A DNA stretch of 64,000 bases from Eubacteriales bacterium (GTDB lineage Bacteria; Bacillota; Desulfotomaculia; Desulfotomaculales; Nap2-2B): contig JBAZGB010000006.1 of NCBI GenBank assembly GCA_041653135.1, forward strand, positions 628 to 64,627, read 5' to 3'. Positions 18,437-26,749 of this stretch are shown here, one piece after another. The notes beneath the pieces are model-generated. The model had not been told where the DNA came from. It did no database searches and saw nothing but the letters and a program-made list of their open reading frames with translations. Every line of letters starts with the position of its first letter. Position 1 is the first letter of the stretch. A program made the position numbers and the translations under genes.

Positions 18437-20245
18437 ATGGCATATCTAGCTTTATATAGAAAGTGGCGGCCTCAGCTTTTTGAGCAGATAGTTGGTCAGG
18501 AACACATTACAAAAACACTGCAAAACGCTCTTCTGGCGGAAAAGGCAAGTCATGCCTATCTCTTTTGCGGTCCCCGGGGAACAGGCAAGACAAGCACTGC
18601 CAAAGTCCTGGCCAAGGCTCTTAACTGCCGTCAGCGAAGCGGCGCTGAACCCTGCAATGCATGTGTAAACTGCCGGGAGGTAACAACCGGCGCTTCTATG
18701 GATGTCATCGAAATTGACGCCGCCTCACACCGGGGGATTGACGAGATCCGCGAGTTAAGGGAAAAGATTGGTTTTTTACCTGCATCGGGTAAATACAGGG
18801 TTTATATAATCGACGAAGTGCACATGCTCACTACCGAAGCATTTAACGCCCTCCTCAAAACGTTGGAAGAGCCCCCCTCTCATGTTGTATTCATTCTGGC
18901 CACAACCGAGCCCAATAAAGTTCCCCTGACCATTCTGTCGCGCTGTCAGAGGTTTGATTTCCACCGGCTGAGCAGTCAGCATATCCTGGGCCGTTTGCAG
19001 GAGGTTATTGCGGAAAATAAAACAGGGGCGGAAGAGGGCGTACTGTACCTGATCGCCCGCTATGCAGAAGGAAGTTTAAGGGATGCCCTGAGTATTTGGG
19101 ATCAGGTCAGCGCTTTAGGAGGCGATAAAGTTACTCTCGACGACGTGCATCAGCTTCTTGGTACGGTAAGGGAAGACCTGTTGGACGAGGCTGCCCGTGC
19201 GCTTGGCTCGGGGAATACAAAACCCCTTCTTGAAATAGTCAGCTCCCTGGTTGAACAGGGGAAAGACCTGCGTATCTTTGTCCGCGAGCTGATGGCCTTT
19301 TTAAGGAGAGCGCTTCTGCAGCTTGTTTCTCCTGATGCAAAGGAGGAGCTAAGCTTAACCGAAAGGGAACGTATTGCCGGCATAACCGGTTTGTTGGGGC
19401 GGGAGCAGCTGCTCAGCCTGCTTCAACTGCTTGGCAGGACCGAGCAGGAAATGAAATGGAGCTCTCAGCCCAGGACTCTTCTTGAAATAGCGCTGATCCG
19501 GGCTTCGCATACAGCGGTTACCGGCCCCGATCTGGACCTTGTCCAGCGTGTTGCAAGGCTGGAGGAAATTTCTGATCTAATCCGTAAATCCGCGTTCAAT
19601 GACCTTCCTGCTGCTAAAGAAACAGGCATCAAGGAAGACAAAACCGTTGGAGAAGAAATAGAGGAAATTAAGGAAAAAAAGCCTCAAAAGAAGGAAACTA
19701 CAAGCCGAAAAAAACCGGTCAGGAAAACGCCCGTGGAACAGCCTGACCAGACTGTACCCGGAGATGATCAAAATTCCCTGTTAAAACAAGAGTTTTCTGC
19801 GACAGCAGGAAGGATGCAGGAAGTTGGAGTTGACGAAAAACCCCTGTTAAAACAAGAGGAAATCAATAAAGCTCCTGAAGCCACAGACGATGAAGTATTT
19901 TTCGGTCAGGTATCTTCAAAATGGGCGGATTTTCTTAAGATAACCAAAAAGACGAATTTGCCGATGCACATGTACCTGTCAAGAAGCTGGCCCGAACAGT
20001 ATAAGGACGGCTGCCTGACAATAGCTTTTCCAAGGGAAAATGAAATTTTTAAAGAATATTTGGGAACAACTGAAAATATGGAGGCGGTTATAAGACTGTT
20101 GGCCTCTTTCTTTAAACAGGATTTACGTATCCGTCTGGCCAGCGGCGCCCCGCCGGAACATTATAAACTACCCGCAAAGGAACAGGCGTTGAGCACCAGT
20201 GACACACTGGGCCTGTTTGGATTAACCGAGGACGACAAGCGTTAG
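18437..20245 (+). CDS. dnaX: DNA polymerase III subunit gamma/tau
   Basis: MAYLALYRKWRPQ.F..IVGQEH, Walker A GPRGTGKT, zinc module CNACVNC, DEVHML and SRCQRF. A low-complexity linker precedes the C-terminal tau domain. The ATG at 18437 follows an AGAGGAAGGA RBS. Confidence 0.93.
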   Translation: MAYLALYRKWRPQLFEQIVGQEHITKTLQNALLAEKASHAYLFCGPRGTGKTSTAKVLAKALNCRQRSGAEPCNACVNCREVTTGASMDVIEIDAASHRGIDEIRELREKIGFLPASGKYRVYIIDEVHMLTTEAFNALLKTLEEPPSHVVFILATTEPNKVPLTILSRCQRFDFHRLSSQHILGRLQEVIAENKTGAEEGVLYLIARYAEGSLRDALSIWDQVSALGGDKVTLDDVHQLLGTVREDLLDEAARALGSGNTKPLLEIVSSLVEQGKDLRIFVRELMAFLRRALLQLVSPDAKEELSLTERERIAGITGLLGREQLLSLLQLLGRTEQEMKWSSQPRTLLEIALIRASHTAVTGPDLDLVQRVARLEEISDLIRKSAFNDLPAAKETGIKEDKTVGEEIEEIKEKKPQKKETTSRKKPVRKTPVEQPDQTVPGDDQNSLLKQEFSATAGRMQEVGVDEKPLLKQEEINKAPEATDDEVFFGQVSSKWADFLKITKKTNLPMHMYLSRSWPEQYKDGCLTIAFPRENEIFKEYLGTTENMEAVIRLLASFFKQDLRIRLASGAPPEHYKLPAKEQALSTSDTLGLFGLTEDDKR

Positions 20246-20295
20246 CCTGGATGGCAGGCTTAGATGATTTTATTTGTTAGGGGGATGTGTAGTCA

Positions 20296-20610
20296 GTGTC
20301 CATGAATATGAACAAGATGATGAAACAAGTCCAGAAGATGCAGGCCGATATGGCCAAGATGCAGGAGGAATTGGGCAGCAGGACGGTTGACTGTACTGCC
20401 GGCGGAGGCGTGGTTAAAGCGGTAGTAAACGGGAAGCAGGAATTACTCGCAATAGAAATAAAGCCGGAAGCGGTTAACTCTGAAGATATCGACATACTTC
20501 AGGACCTTATTATGGCGGCGGTCAACGGCGCTCTCAACCAATCGCGGGATATGGTCAATAATGAAATGAGCAAGCTTACAGGTGGCCTTAAACTGCCCGG
20601 GCTCTTTTAG
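20296..20610 (+). CDS. ybaB: Nucleoid-associated protein YbaB/EbfC
   Basis: MNKMMKQVQKMQADMAKMQEEL...GGGVVKAVVNGKQELLAIEI...LPGLF. The start could be 20296, 20302 or 20308. Confidence 0.9.
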   Translation: MSMNMNKMMKQVQKMQADMAKMQEELGSRTVDCTAGGGVVKAVVNGKQELLAIEIKPEAVNSEDIDILQDLIMAAVNGALNQSRDMVNNEMSKLTGGLKLPGLF

Positions 20611-20622
20611 GAGAGGGTCTTA

Positions 20623-21225
20623 TTGAAGTATTACGGGGCATCAATTACCCGCTTGATTGATGAACTTGCCGGTCTGCCGGGTGTGGGCCCGAAAAGTGCG
20701 CAGCGCATGGCCCTTTACTTATTAAACTCCCCTGCGCAGGTAACTCAAAACTTGGCCGCCGCCATGCTGGAAGCAAGAAAAAATATCCGCTACTGCTCCG
20801 TTTGCTCTAACCTGACCGATACCCAGCTATGTCAAATCTGCAGCGATCAGCGGAGAAAAAGGGATGTTTTATGCATAGTTGAAGAACCCAAAGACGTTTC
20901 AGCGATAGAAAAAGTCAGGGGCTACAAGGGGATGTACCATGTCCTGCACGGCGCTATCTCTCCCCGCGACAATATCGGCCCTGATGAACTTACCATAAAA
21001 CAGCTTCTAAACAGGCTTCAGGAGGGGACAATTAAAGAAGTTATTCTGGCGACCAACCCTAACCTTGAAGGTGAAGCAACATCGCTATTCCTGTCCCAGT
21101 TGATCAAACCCATGGGAATAAAAGTAACCCGCCTGGCATACGGCCTGCCCATGGGAGCGAGCGTTGAATATGCAGACGAAGTAACCCTGACCAGAGCACT
21201 TGAAGGAAGGCGTGAAATAGAGTAG
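20623..21225 (+). CDS. recR: Recombination protein RecR
   Basis: LPGVGPKSAQRMA HhH, the C4 zinc finger CSVCSNLTD..LCQIC, and a Toprim domain. TTG start. Confidence 0.93.
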   Translation: MKYYGASITRLIDELAGLPGVGPKSAQRMALYLLNSPAQVTQNLAAAMLEARKNIRYCSVCSNLTDTQLCQICSDQRRKRDVLCIVEEPKDVSAIEKVRGYKGMYHVLHGAISPRDNIGPDELTIKQLLNRLQEGTIKEVILATNPNLEGEATSLFLSQLIKPMGIKVTRLAYGLPMGASVEYADEVTLTRALEGRREIE

Positions 21226-21306
21226 ATTAAGGAATAATATTCCAAGTCGCCTCATAAGATAGATAAAGAAAAGCTTGTCTAAAAACTTTATCAGGGGTGA
21301 CGGGAA

Positions 21307-21570
21307 ATGGAATGGAAGATAGTCTTAATCTGCCTGGCCGGGCTGTTGGGTTTGCTTTTAATGGGGCCGTTCATGATCAAGCCTTTAAAATTAGTTTACC
21401 ATTTAGCCAGTTATTTTGTTATCGGGGGCGTTTTGCTGTACGTTTCCAACTTTTTATTAAGCCAGGCCGGATTAAGAGTGGCCATAAATCCAGTAACCAT
21501 GCTCACCGTAGGTGTGCTGCAGGTTCCCGGTGTAATTCTTCTGGCGGTTCTTCACCATGTTTTCGTATAA
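21307..21570 (+). CDS. bofA: Pro-sigma-K processing inhibitor BofA
   Basis: 87-aa two-TM protein. KPLKL...GGVLLYVSNF...INPVTMLTVGVLQVPGVILL aligns with B. subtilis BofA, and it sits in the canonical position after recR. Confidence 0.8.
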   Translation: MEWKIVLICLAGLLGLLLMGPFMIKPLKLVYHLASYFVIGGVLLYVSNFLLSQAGLRVAINPVTMLTVGVLQVPGVILLAVLHHVFV

Positions 21571-21634
21571 CTGCAAGACAACTTTTTGGCTTGTACAGGG
21601 TTTTTATGCTATAATAAAAAATACATTTTAAAAT

Positions 21635-21711
21635 GTGCCCGTAGCTCAGGTGGATAGAGCAGCGGTTTCCTAAACCGCGTGTCGGGGGTTCGAGTCCCTC
21701 CGGGCGCACCA
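21635..21711 (+). tRNA. tRNA-Arg (anticodon CCU), encoded CCA
   Basis: Acceptor gtgcccg/cgggcgc. D-arm tagctcaggtggatagagc. Anticodon stem-loop gcggt-ttCCUaa-accgc. T-arm gggggttcgagtccctc. Confidence 0.9.
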
Positions 21712-21723
21712 GAAAAAACATAC

Positions 21724-21748
21724 AGCCGCAAGGAATTGCGGCTTTTGT
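21724..21748 (+). terminator. Terminator after tRNA-Arg
   Basis: agccgc-aaggaatt-gcggct followed by tttt. Confidence 0.7.
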
Positions 21749-21805
21749 ATTTATTACCATATGTATAATAGCAGGCTTGCATTTTACGATATTAAGAACG
21801 AAGGG

Positions 21806-21847
21806 GAAAAATATAGAGCCATAATTTACATGGCTCTATATTTTTTA
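21806..21847. terminator. Bidirectional terminator hairpin
   Basis: tatagagcca (21812-21821) pairs with tggctctata (21831-21840). An A-run lies on one side and a T-run on the other. Confidence 0.65.
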
Positions 21848-21866
21848 TTTGCTTAAATCTTCTGTG

Positions 21867-22091
21867 CTACCCATTTTCAACTGTTATTTCAACAGGTTTT
21901 TCCTCGCAACATTCCTCCTCGCAGCATTCCCTTAAAATACCATCAAGGATTATATTATACATTTTTACTATCAACTCTGCTGCTTTAAGCGGGTCTTTAA
22001 ATTCCTCTGGTTTGTTTTCTTCAACATAGGCAATTACAAGTTCTTTAGCTATAACTTCTGCACTTTCGTCATAAAAATTATCACTGCACAT
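21867..22091 (-). CDS. Small hypothetical protein (74 aa) with a Cys/Glu-rich tail; paralog of 41182-41424
   Basis: GGAGG lies 7 nt upstream of the ATG. The core AEVIAKELVIAYVEENKPEEFKDPLKAAELIVKMYNIILDGI is ~55% identical to the second copy. Confidence 0.6.
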   Translation of the reverse strand: MCSDNFYDESAEVIAKELVIAYVEENKPEEFKDPLKAAELIVKMYNIILDGILRECCEEECCEEKPVEITVENG

Positions 22092-22279
22092 ATAAATACC
22101 TCCATAACCATATTTTTAATTTTTTCTTATTTATATATTATACCATTTGTCGCCAATATTGTCGCCAAAGGTTACTAAAAATGCCCTAAATTCACCTAAC
22201 TACACCCGAAATCAAAATTAAAAACCCAAGCAGGACAAGGATTGCCCAACTATACCTATTTTTACCTAATGGCTTTTAT

Positions 22280-22366
22280 CGGTTTCCTGAACCGCGTGCC
22301 GGGGGTTCGAGTTCCACCTGGCACACCAGAAAAAACTAAGCCCCGCAAGGATTTGCGGGGCTTAGT
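22280..22366 (+). repeat. Partial tRNA-Arg 3' copy (att-like) plus a copied terminator hairpin
   Basis: cggtttcctgaaccgcgtgccgggggttcgagttccacctggcacacca aligns to tRNA positions 21662-21711. It is followed by ctaagccccgc-aaggattt-gcggggcttag. Confidence 0.85.
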
Positions 22367-22829
22367 TTTAGAGGAGGAAACGTTAAAAATAAGTTTTGGC
22401 GGCAATTGTTATGTGCTTTTTACTTTTGAGTGTGTCAGCTGAAAGTCTTAGTTTAGGCAAAAGCAGCCGGTTAAGGCTGCTTCCTGATTTGGCTATAGTC
22501 CCGGATGCCGAGATGATTTTTGAGCGCATCTTGAAGTAAATGAGAAAAGTTTACTTTGCGTTTTTAAGCGGCAGGATAACTTCGCCGTATTCATGCGGTT
22601 TGTAAGGCCCGGCCGCAAAGATTGAGCAGAGCCCGGTTCAGATTTGCGGGGTTGTTTTTTTAATGTTGAGATATTATCTTCAAAGGGATTTGTAATAATA
22701 GCGTAGAAAACAGATTTTAGAGGGAGTATTTTATGGTTGCCCGTTTATAAAAACAATGTTTGAATAAGTATTACTCCTTCGTATGGCGCATTTGGTCGCA
22801 GATATAAAAAGTGTTGTAAGGAGGTAATA

Positions 22830-23636
22830 ATGACTGCCGAGTCTTACATACAGAGACTGCTGGTATTTAACCCTCTGAGAAGGTCAATCCTTGCTGAAAT
22901 GGTTAGGGCGCTGCGGCTGCCGAAGGGAAGCCGGGGACTTGACGCCGGGTGCGGAATCGGTCTTCAATGCCTGTTATTAGCCGGGGAGGTAGGGCCTGCC
23001 GGACATGTCACCGGTCTCGATATATCCTCGGATATGCTTGATTATGGCCGCGATTTGGTTAAAAAGACTAACCTGTCGGAACGGATCTCTTTTAAGGAAG
23101 GGGATATAACCGGCCTCCCGTTTGATAACGGCATATTTGATTGGGCATGGAGCGTTGACTGTGCAGGATTAGTTTCCCCGGATCCGCCGTCTTCATTGAG
23201 GGAACTGGTACGCGTCGTAAAACCAGGCGGTATTGCAGCCATCGCTGCTTGGTCTTCCGAGAAACTGCTTCCAGGATATCCCGGATTGGAAGCCCGGCTG
23301 GGATCAACATCAGCCGGCATTGCGCCTTTTATACAGGGAATGAAGCCGGAGCGGCATTTTTTACGCGCGCTGGGCTGGTTTAATGAGTTGGGGTTAAGGG
23401 AGGTCAAGGCCGGAGTCTTTGCTGATAGTGCCTGCGCGCCTCTGAATGACGAAGTAAAGAGGGCTCTGGAAGAGCTTTTCAAGGAACGCTGGCCAAATGT
23501 AGCAGCTGAACTTGCACCCGGTGATTTGGCAGATTTCCAGCGCCTTTGCCTGCCGGATTCACCGGATTTCATTATAAATCTACCGGATTACTATGCTTTC
23601 TTCACCATTACGATGTTCTGGGGTAAGGTCAGTTAG
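22830..23636 (+). CDS. Class I SAM-dependent methyltransferase
   Basis: Motif I LDAGCGIGLQCL, post-I GLDIS, and a Methyltransf_11/25-like core. Confidence 0.8.
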   Translation: MTAESYIQRLLVFNPLRRSILAEMVRALRLPKGSRGLDAGCGIGLQCLLLAGEVGPAGHVTGLDISSDMLDYGRDLVKKTNLSERISFKEGDITGLPFDNGIFDWAWSVDCAGLVSPDPPSSLRELVRVVKPGGIAAIAAWSSEKLLPGYPGLEARLGSTSAGIAPFIQGMKPERHFLRALGWFNELGLREVKAGVFADSACAPLNDEVKRALEELFKERWPNVAAELAPGDLADFQRLCLPDSPDFIINLPDYYAFFTITMFWGKVS

Positions 23637-23689
23637 ACTCGACTTTGAAACTTTAAAAATCTAAATACAGTGCCTGTACATATTTAAAT

Positions 23690-24070
23690 CTAAGATGATC
23701 TTAATGATATTGGAACTGAACCAACATGACGATTATCCAGAACAATATCAAAAGAGTATATACCTTCTGTTGGAAAAGTAGTTCCTAACATTTCAATAAG
23801 CAGGTTACAATTCAATATATTCCGTGCCACGAAAATTTCTTGCTCAAATGGATCTATAATTTGTTCACCATCTGCGTCAACCAAAGTAATTTTTACCGGA
23901 TGGTTTCCTGCCTCAGAAGGGTGCGCTTGAAATAATGCAACGAAGAACATTCTGGAATGAGTAACTGGAAATTGCAGTGAAGTAATACCATCAAATATTC
24001 CCAAGACGCTCAATTTATCCATTTTATCCATTATGGCATAATCACAGACACAGGCATACTTTAACTCCAA
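23690..24070 (-). CDS. Hypothetical protein (126 aa)
   Basis: Clean ORF with no TM segment and no motif I can name with confidence. It may belong to a DUF family (DUF6941-like) but this is unverified. Confidence 0.5.
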   Translation of the reverse strand: MELKYACVCDYAIMDKMDKLSVLGIFDGITSLQFPVTHSRMFFVALFQAHPSEAGNHPVKITLVDADGEQIIDPFEQEIFVARNILNCNLLIEMLGTTFPTEGIYSFDIVLDNRHVGSVPISLRSS

Positions 24071-24260
24071 AAAAACCCCTCCTTGGATAATTTGTATTAA
24101 ATCTACATTTCTACATAAGGAAGGTTATACCTCTAAATTTGTAAAAAAAAGAAAAAAGTATGCCTTGGGCTGCATGCTTCTTTTGGTAAAATAAATAACA
24201 TTTGCCGGTCTTCATTCATAATATAGATTACATATCTTATTATGGAGGAGTATTATTATA

Positions 24261-24821
24261 TTGGATAGTGACGCAATTTTAATAGAGGTTAAAAAACAAA
24301 AAGAAGTAGTTTGCATACCAAATCCTTTATCCAAATCAATTAAGGGACAATATTTTGTAGGACAGACAGAAACGTTGATTTTAAGTCAGGATCTTAATGC
24401 CTGGGGCGGATTAATTAATCCATCCGATTCAGGCGTTAATCTTTTTGTAAATGTCTATACTGTTACAAATTTCTCCGAAACACCTTTTTTAGCTCAAATA
24501 TGGTTCAATACAGAACCGCCCGGAAAAGGTGTTGTCTCAGATGAAGTTTCTCCCGGCAATACCACCCTTTCCCCCCTTCCCGTACCCAAAATAGAATTGC
24601 AGTATGTCCAGTCCGTTGGAGGATTCCCGACCGGTGGTGTCAATGTGCTTGACAGACTGGTTGGGCCGAAAGGTACATTGGCGTCTGAAGATGACGGAAA
24701 ATGGATTATTCCTCCAGGTGGAAACTTTATCGTTTTCCTAGAATCGCCTGGGGCGGAATTAATAAAAGCAATAATTGCTTTCGGCTGGTGGCAAGAAAAA
24801 ATCAAAACGGAGGATATGTAG
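24261..24821 (+). CDS. Hypothetical protein (186 aa)
   Basis: TTG start after GGAGGAG. It has conserved-looking blocks NAWGGLINPSDSGVNLFVNVYTVTNFSETPF and AQIWFNTEPPG. The function is unknown. Confidence 0.5.
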   Translation: MDSDAILIEVKKQKEVVCIPNPLSKSIKGQYFVGQTETLILSQDLNAWGGLINPSDSGVNLFVNVYTVTNFSETPFLAQIWFNTEPPGKGVVSDEVSPGNTTLSPLPVPKIELQYVQSVGGFPTGGVNVLDRLVGPKGTLASEDDGKWIIPPGGNFIVFLESPGAELIKAIIAFGWWQEKIKTEDM

Positions 24822-24829
24822 TCTTATCT

Positions 24830-24856
24830 AGCCCCGCAAGGATTTGCGGGGTTTTG
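24830..24856 (+). terminator. Terminator; a third copy of the island hairpin
   Basis: gccccgc-aaggattt-gcgggg followed by tttt. The hairpin is identical to those at 22341-22360 and 26173-26192. Confidence 0.7.
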
Positions 24857-25090
24857 AATTTGGCGGCTGGTACGCCAGGGACTTGTTTTGTGATTTAGTA
24901 AGGGACGGAGAGCGGTGGATTTAGGAGAGGGCTTATGATTAAGCTTTTCTTAATTCATGACAGTTCGATACATTATAAACACCCGGCGTTGGAATAATAT
25001 CTAAAAGCAAATAAAAGGTCGTGAATAGAACTGCTTAAGGAAGGCAAAATTGGAGTTTACGAGGCAACTGCGATCGTTATTGTTGCTGTT

Positions 25091-26125
25091 ATGACTGAGA
25101 TCATGTTCACCGCTCCAAGAAGCGATGCGGAATTATTAGGCCCGGCTGTTTGGCATGGTTATTTAATCCGCACCTTGTTAGCCATGGCGGCTTTTTTAAT
25201 TCTTTCCAGGCTTATGGACAGGTTCCCTGGCCATGACCTGGTATTTGTCTACAAAAAGGTATTTGGTAATGTCGCCGGAAGTACGTTTTCACTATTGCTC
25301 GGCGCCGCCTTTCTCTTTCAGGCAATAAGGTTTACAAGGGAATTCTCAGAAGCAATAAAAGTATATGTATACTCCTCAACACCACCGAGCTTTATTATGA
25401 TTTTCTTTCTTTTCGCTGTCTTAGTTATACTCTATTTTGGTTTTGAGACTGTCGCCAGAACTAGCGCTTTATTTTTATTGCCCGTTCTCTTCGGCTATTT
25501 ACTTATATATATCCTTGGTTTTCCCCTTTATAAGTATTGCAACCTGTTTCCTGTCCTTGGATTTGGCATGAGCAGAGATTTAACATTTTCTATCGAAAAT
25601 ATTTCATTTTTTGGCGAGTCTCTTTCTTTGGCGGTTATTTTAAGTTCACTTCAGGGAAATAAGTATTTTAAGAATAGCGGCCTCAGGGGCATAGCTATAT
25701 CCGGCTTGTTTACAGCCGCAGGAACTTTAGCATATACTATGGCTTTTTCTTATCCAGTGGGGCTTGAAAATGTTATACCTGCCTTTTCTTTTACCAGTGT
25801 TATTGAATTAGGTACCTTTTTCCAAAGGTTTGATTCTGTCTTCCTTTTTATCTGGTCTATCGGCGCTATGGTTACTGTAGCCATTGACACATATATATTT
25901 TTAAGCATTTATTGCAAGGTATTCAAAATTAACGATCACAAACCCCTGGTTCTGCCAATGGGAATTTTGATTTTTAGCGCCGGTATAATGGTAAAGGATC
26001 TCTCAACCCTTAGTTTTGTTATAATACCTTTTTTCAGGAAATATGCGGGAATTATTTATTTCGGTTTACCTTTATTGGCCTTGCTGTTTGCGGCAATACG
26101 CAGACAAAATGAGGGCGCTTCTTGA
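25091..26125 (+). CDS. Spore germination protein, GerAB/GerKB-type (APC-superfamily permease); orphan B subunit
   Basis: About 10 TM segments. Family-like blocks are IRFTREFSEAIKVYVYSSTPP...FGFETVART and FFQRFDSVFLFIWSIGAM. The frame stays open upstream to 25025 (LLKEGKIGVYEATAIVIVAV) but has no ATG, GTG or TTG there. Confidence 0.7.
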   Translation: MTEIMFTAPRSDAELLGPAVWHGYLIRTLLAMAAFLILSRLMDRFPGHDLVFVYKKVFGNVAGSTFSLLLGAAFLFQAIRFTREFSEAIKVYVYSSTPPSFIMIFFLFAVLVILYFGFETVARTSALFLLPVLFGYLLIYILGFPLYKYCNLFPVLGFGMSRDLTFSIENISFFGESLSLAVILSSLQGNKYFKNSGLRGIAISGLFTAAGTLAYTMAFSYPVGLENVIPAFSFTSVIELGTFFQRFDSVFLFIWSIGAMVTVAIDTYIFLSIYCKVFKINDHKPLVLPMGILIFSAGIMVKDLSTLSFVIIPFFRKYAGIIYFGLPLLALLFAAIRRQNEGAS

Positions 26126-26130
26126 ATAAT

Positions 26131-26195
26131 TGCCGGGGTCCGAGTTCCTCCGGGCGCACCGGAAAAAACTAAGCCCCGCAAGGATTTGCGGGGTT
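26131..26195 (+). repeat. Partial tRNA-Arg 3' copy (att-like) plus the terminator hairpin
   Basis: tgccggggtccgagttcctccgggcgcacc aligns to the tRNA T-arm and acceptor; the last 14 nt are identical. It is followed by ggaaaaaactaa and gccccgcaaggatttgcgggg. Confidence 0.85.
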
Positions 26196-26200
26196 GTTTC

Positions 26201-26578
26201 TTATGTACCTTTTTCATTGTCTTCAAGATCATCTTTTGCCTCAATCTCGACACGTTCTGCGTTGATCTCGTATCCTTCAGAAGGGCTGTATGTTACCTCT
26301 ATTTCGTCCCCAATTTTCAAATCTTTTGGCGCCGCCTGAACTATTTTTTCGATTTGGAAGATTGTCCGGTTACTAAAAGTAACAGTCTTTGTTAAACCAT
26401 CCTCTCCCTTGATTGTAACTGTATTCCCTTTTATGTCCGTTATAATGCCGTCAATTTCTGTGACATCAACAACTTGTTGTTTATCTCTTTCTGCGGTCAG
26501 GGCAAATGCCGAATAAGCGATTGCCGTAGTAAGAATTATTACAGCCGCGCAAATGCAAAATAGCTTTTTTTGTTTCAT
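26201..26578 (-). CDS. Small secreted hypothetical protein
   Basis: MKQKKLFCICAAVIILTTAIAYSAFA signal peptide with a beta-rich body. The ATG at 26578 has AAAGGAG upstream. Confidence 0.6.
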   Translation of the reverse strand: MKQKKLFCICAAVIILTTAIAYSAFALTAERDKQQVVDVTEIDGIITDIKGNTVTIKGEDGLTKTVTFSNRTIFQIEKIVQAAPKDLKIGDEIEVTYSPSEGYEINAERVEIEAKDDLEDNEKGT

Positions 26579-26749
26579 GTAGTCTGCTCCTTTCCAAATA
26601 TGTATTATAGTTACCACACTTCCCAATATTTATTCAGGGGATATTTTTCACATACTTACAAGAACCAACGAAAAGGCTCACTTGACATTTTTCATGTTGA
26701 TAGGGTTGTGTTAAAGGTTTGTGTTAAGCGGTTGTTATCTTGCCGGCCG

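Larger units (their letters stand above)
21712..26195. mobile_element. tRNA-Arg-associated genomic islet(s), integrase-less, delimited by partial direct copies of the tRNA 3' end
   Basis: The intact tRNA is at 21635-21711. A ~50-nt copy (anticodon loop to CCA) lies at 22280-22328 and a ~31-nt copy (T-arm to the 3' end) at 26131-26161. Each is followed by gaaaaaactaa and the same hairpin, gccccgcaaggatttgcgggg. Confidence 0.5.

Noticed and set aside
21297-21614. 105-aa ORF overlapping bofA in another frame
   Set aside because: The 87-aa frame (21307-21570) aligns with BofA and has the expected two TM helices. The alternative frame is Arg/Gly-rich with no similarity to anything.
22147-22169. 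Direct repeat ttgtcgccaa x2 (and the TGTCG cores in the 30-bp array) read as Spo0A 0A boxes
   Set aside because: The 0A box consensus is TGTCGAA. These sites read TGTCGCC and TGTCGTA, which is too weak a match to call. They are noted only as possible operator repeats.
22242-22442. 66-aa plus-strand ORF
   Set aside because: It reads straight through the partial tRNA-Arg copy and its terminator hairpin. The same applies to the small ORFs 26056-26253 (minus strand) and 26130-26339 (plus strand) over the third copy.
22440-22829. Integrase or recombinase remnant in the 390-bp non-coding stretch of the islet
   Set aside because: Translating all frames by eye gave only short peptides, such as VPDAEMIFERILK-stop, with no recognisable tyrosine- or serine-recombinase motifs.
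23042-23572. 176-aa minus-strand ORF
   Set aside because: It is antisense to the SAM methyltransferase gene, Ser/Arg/Pro-rich, and has no motif. It is a shadow ORF.
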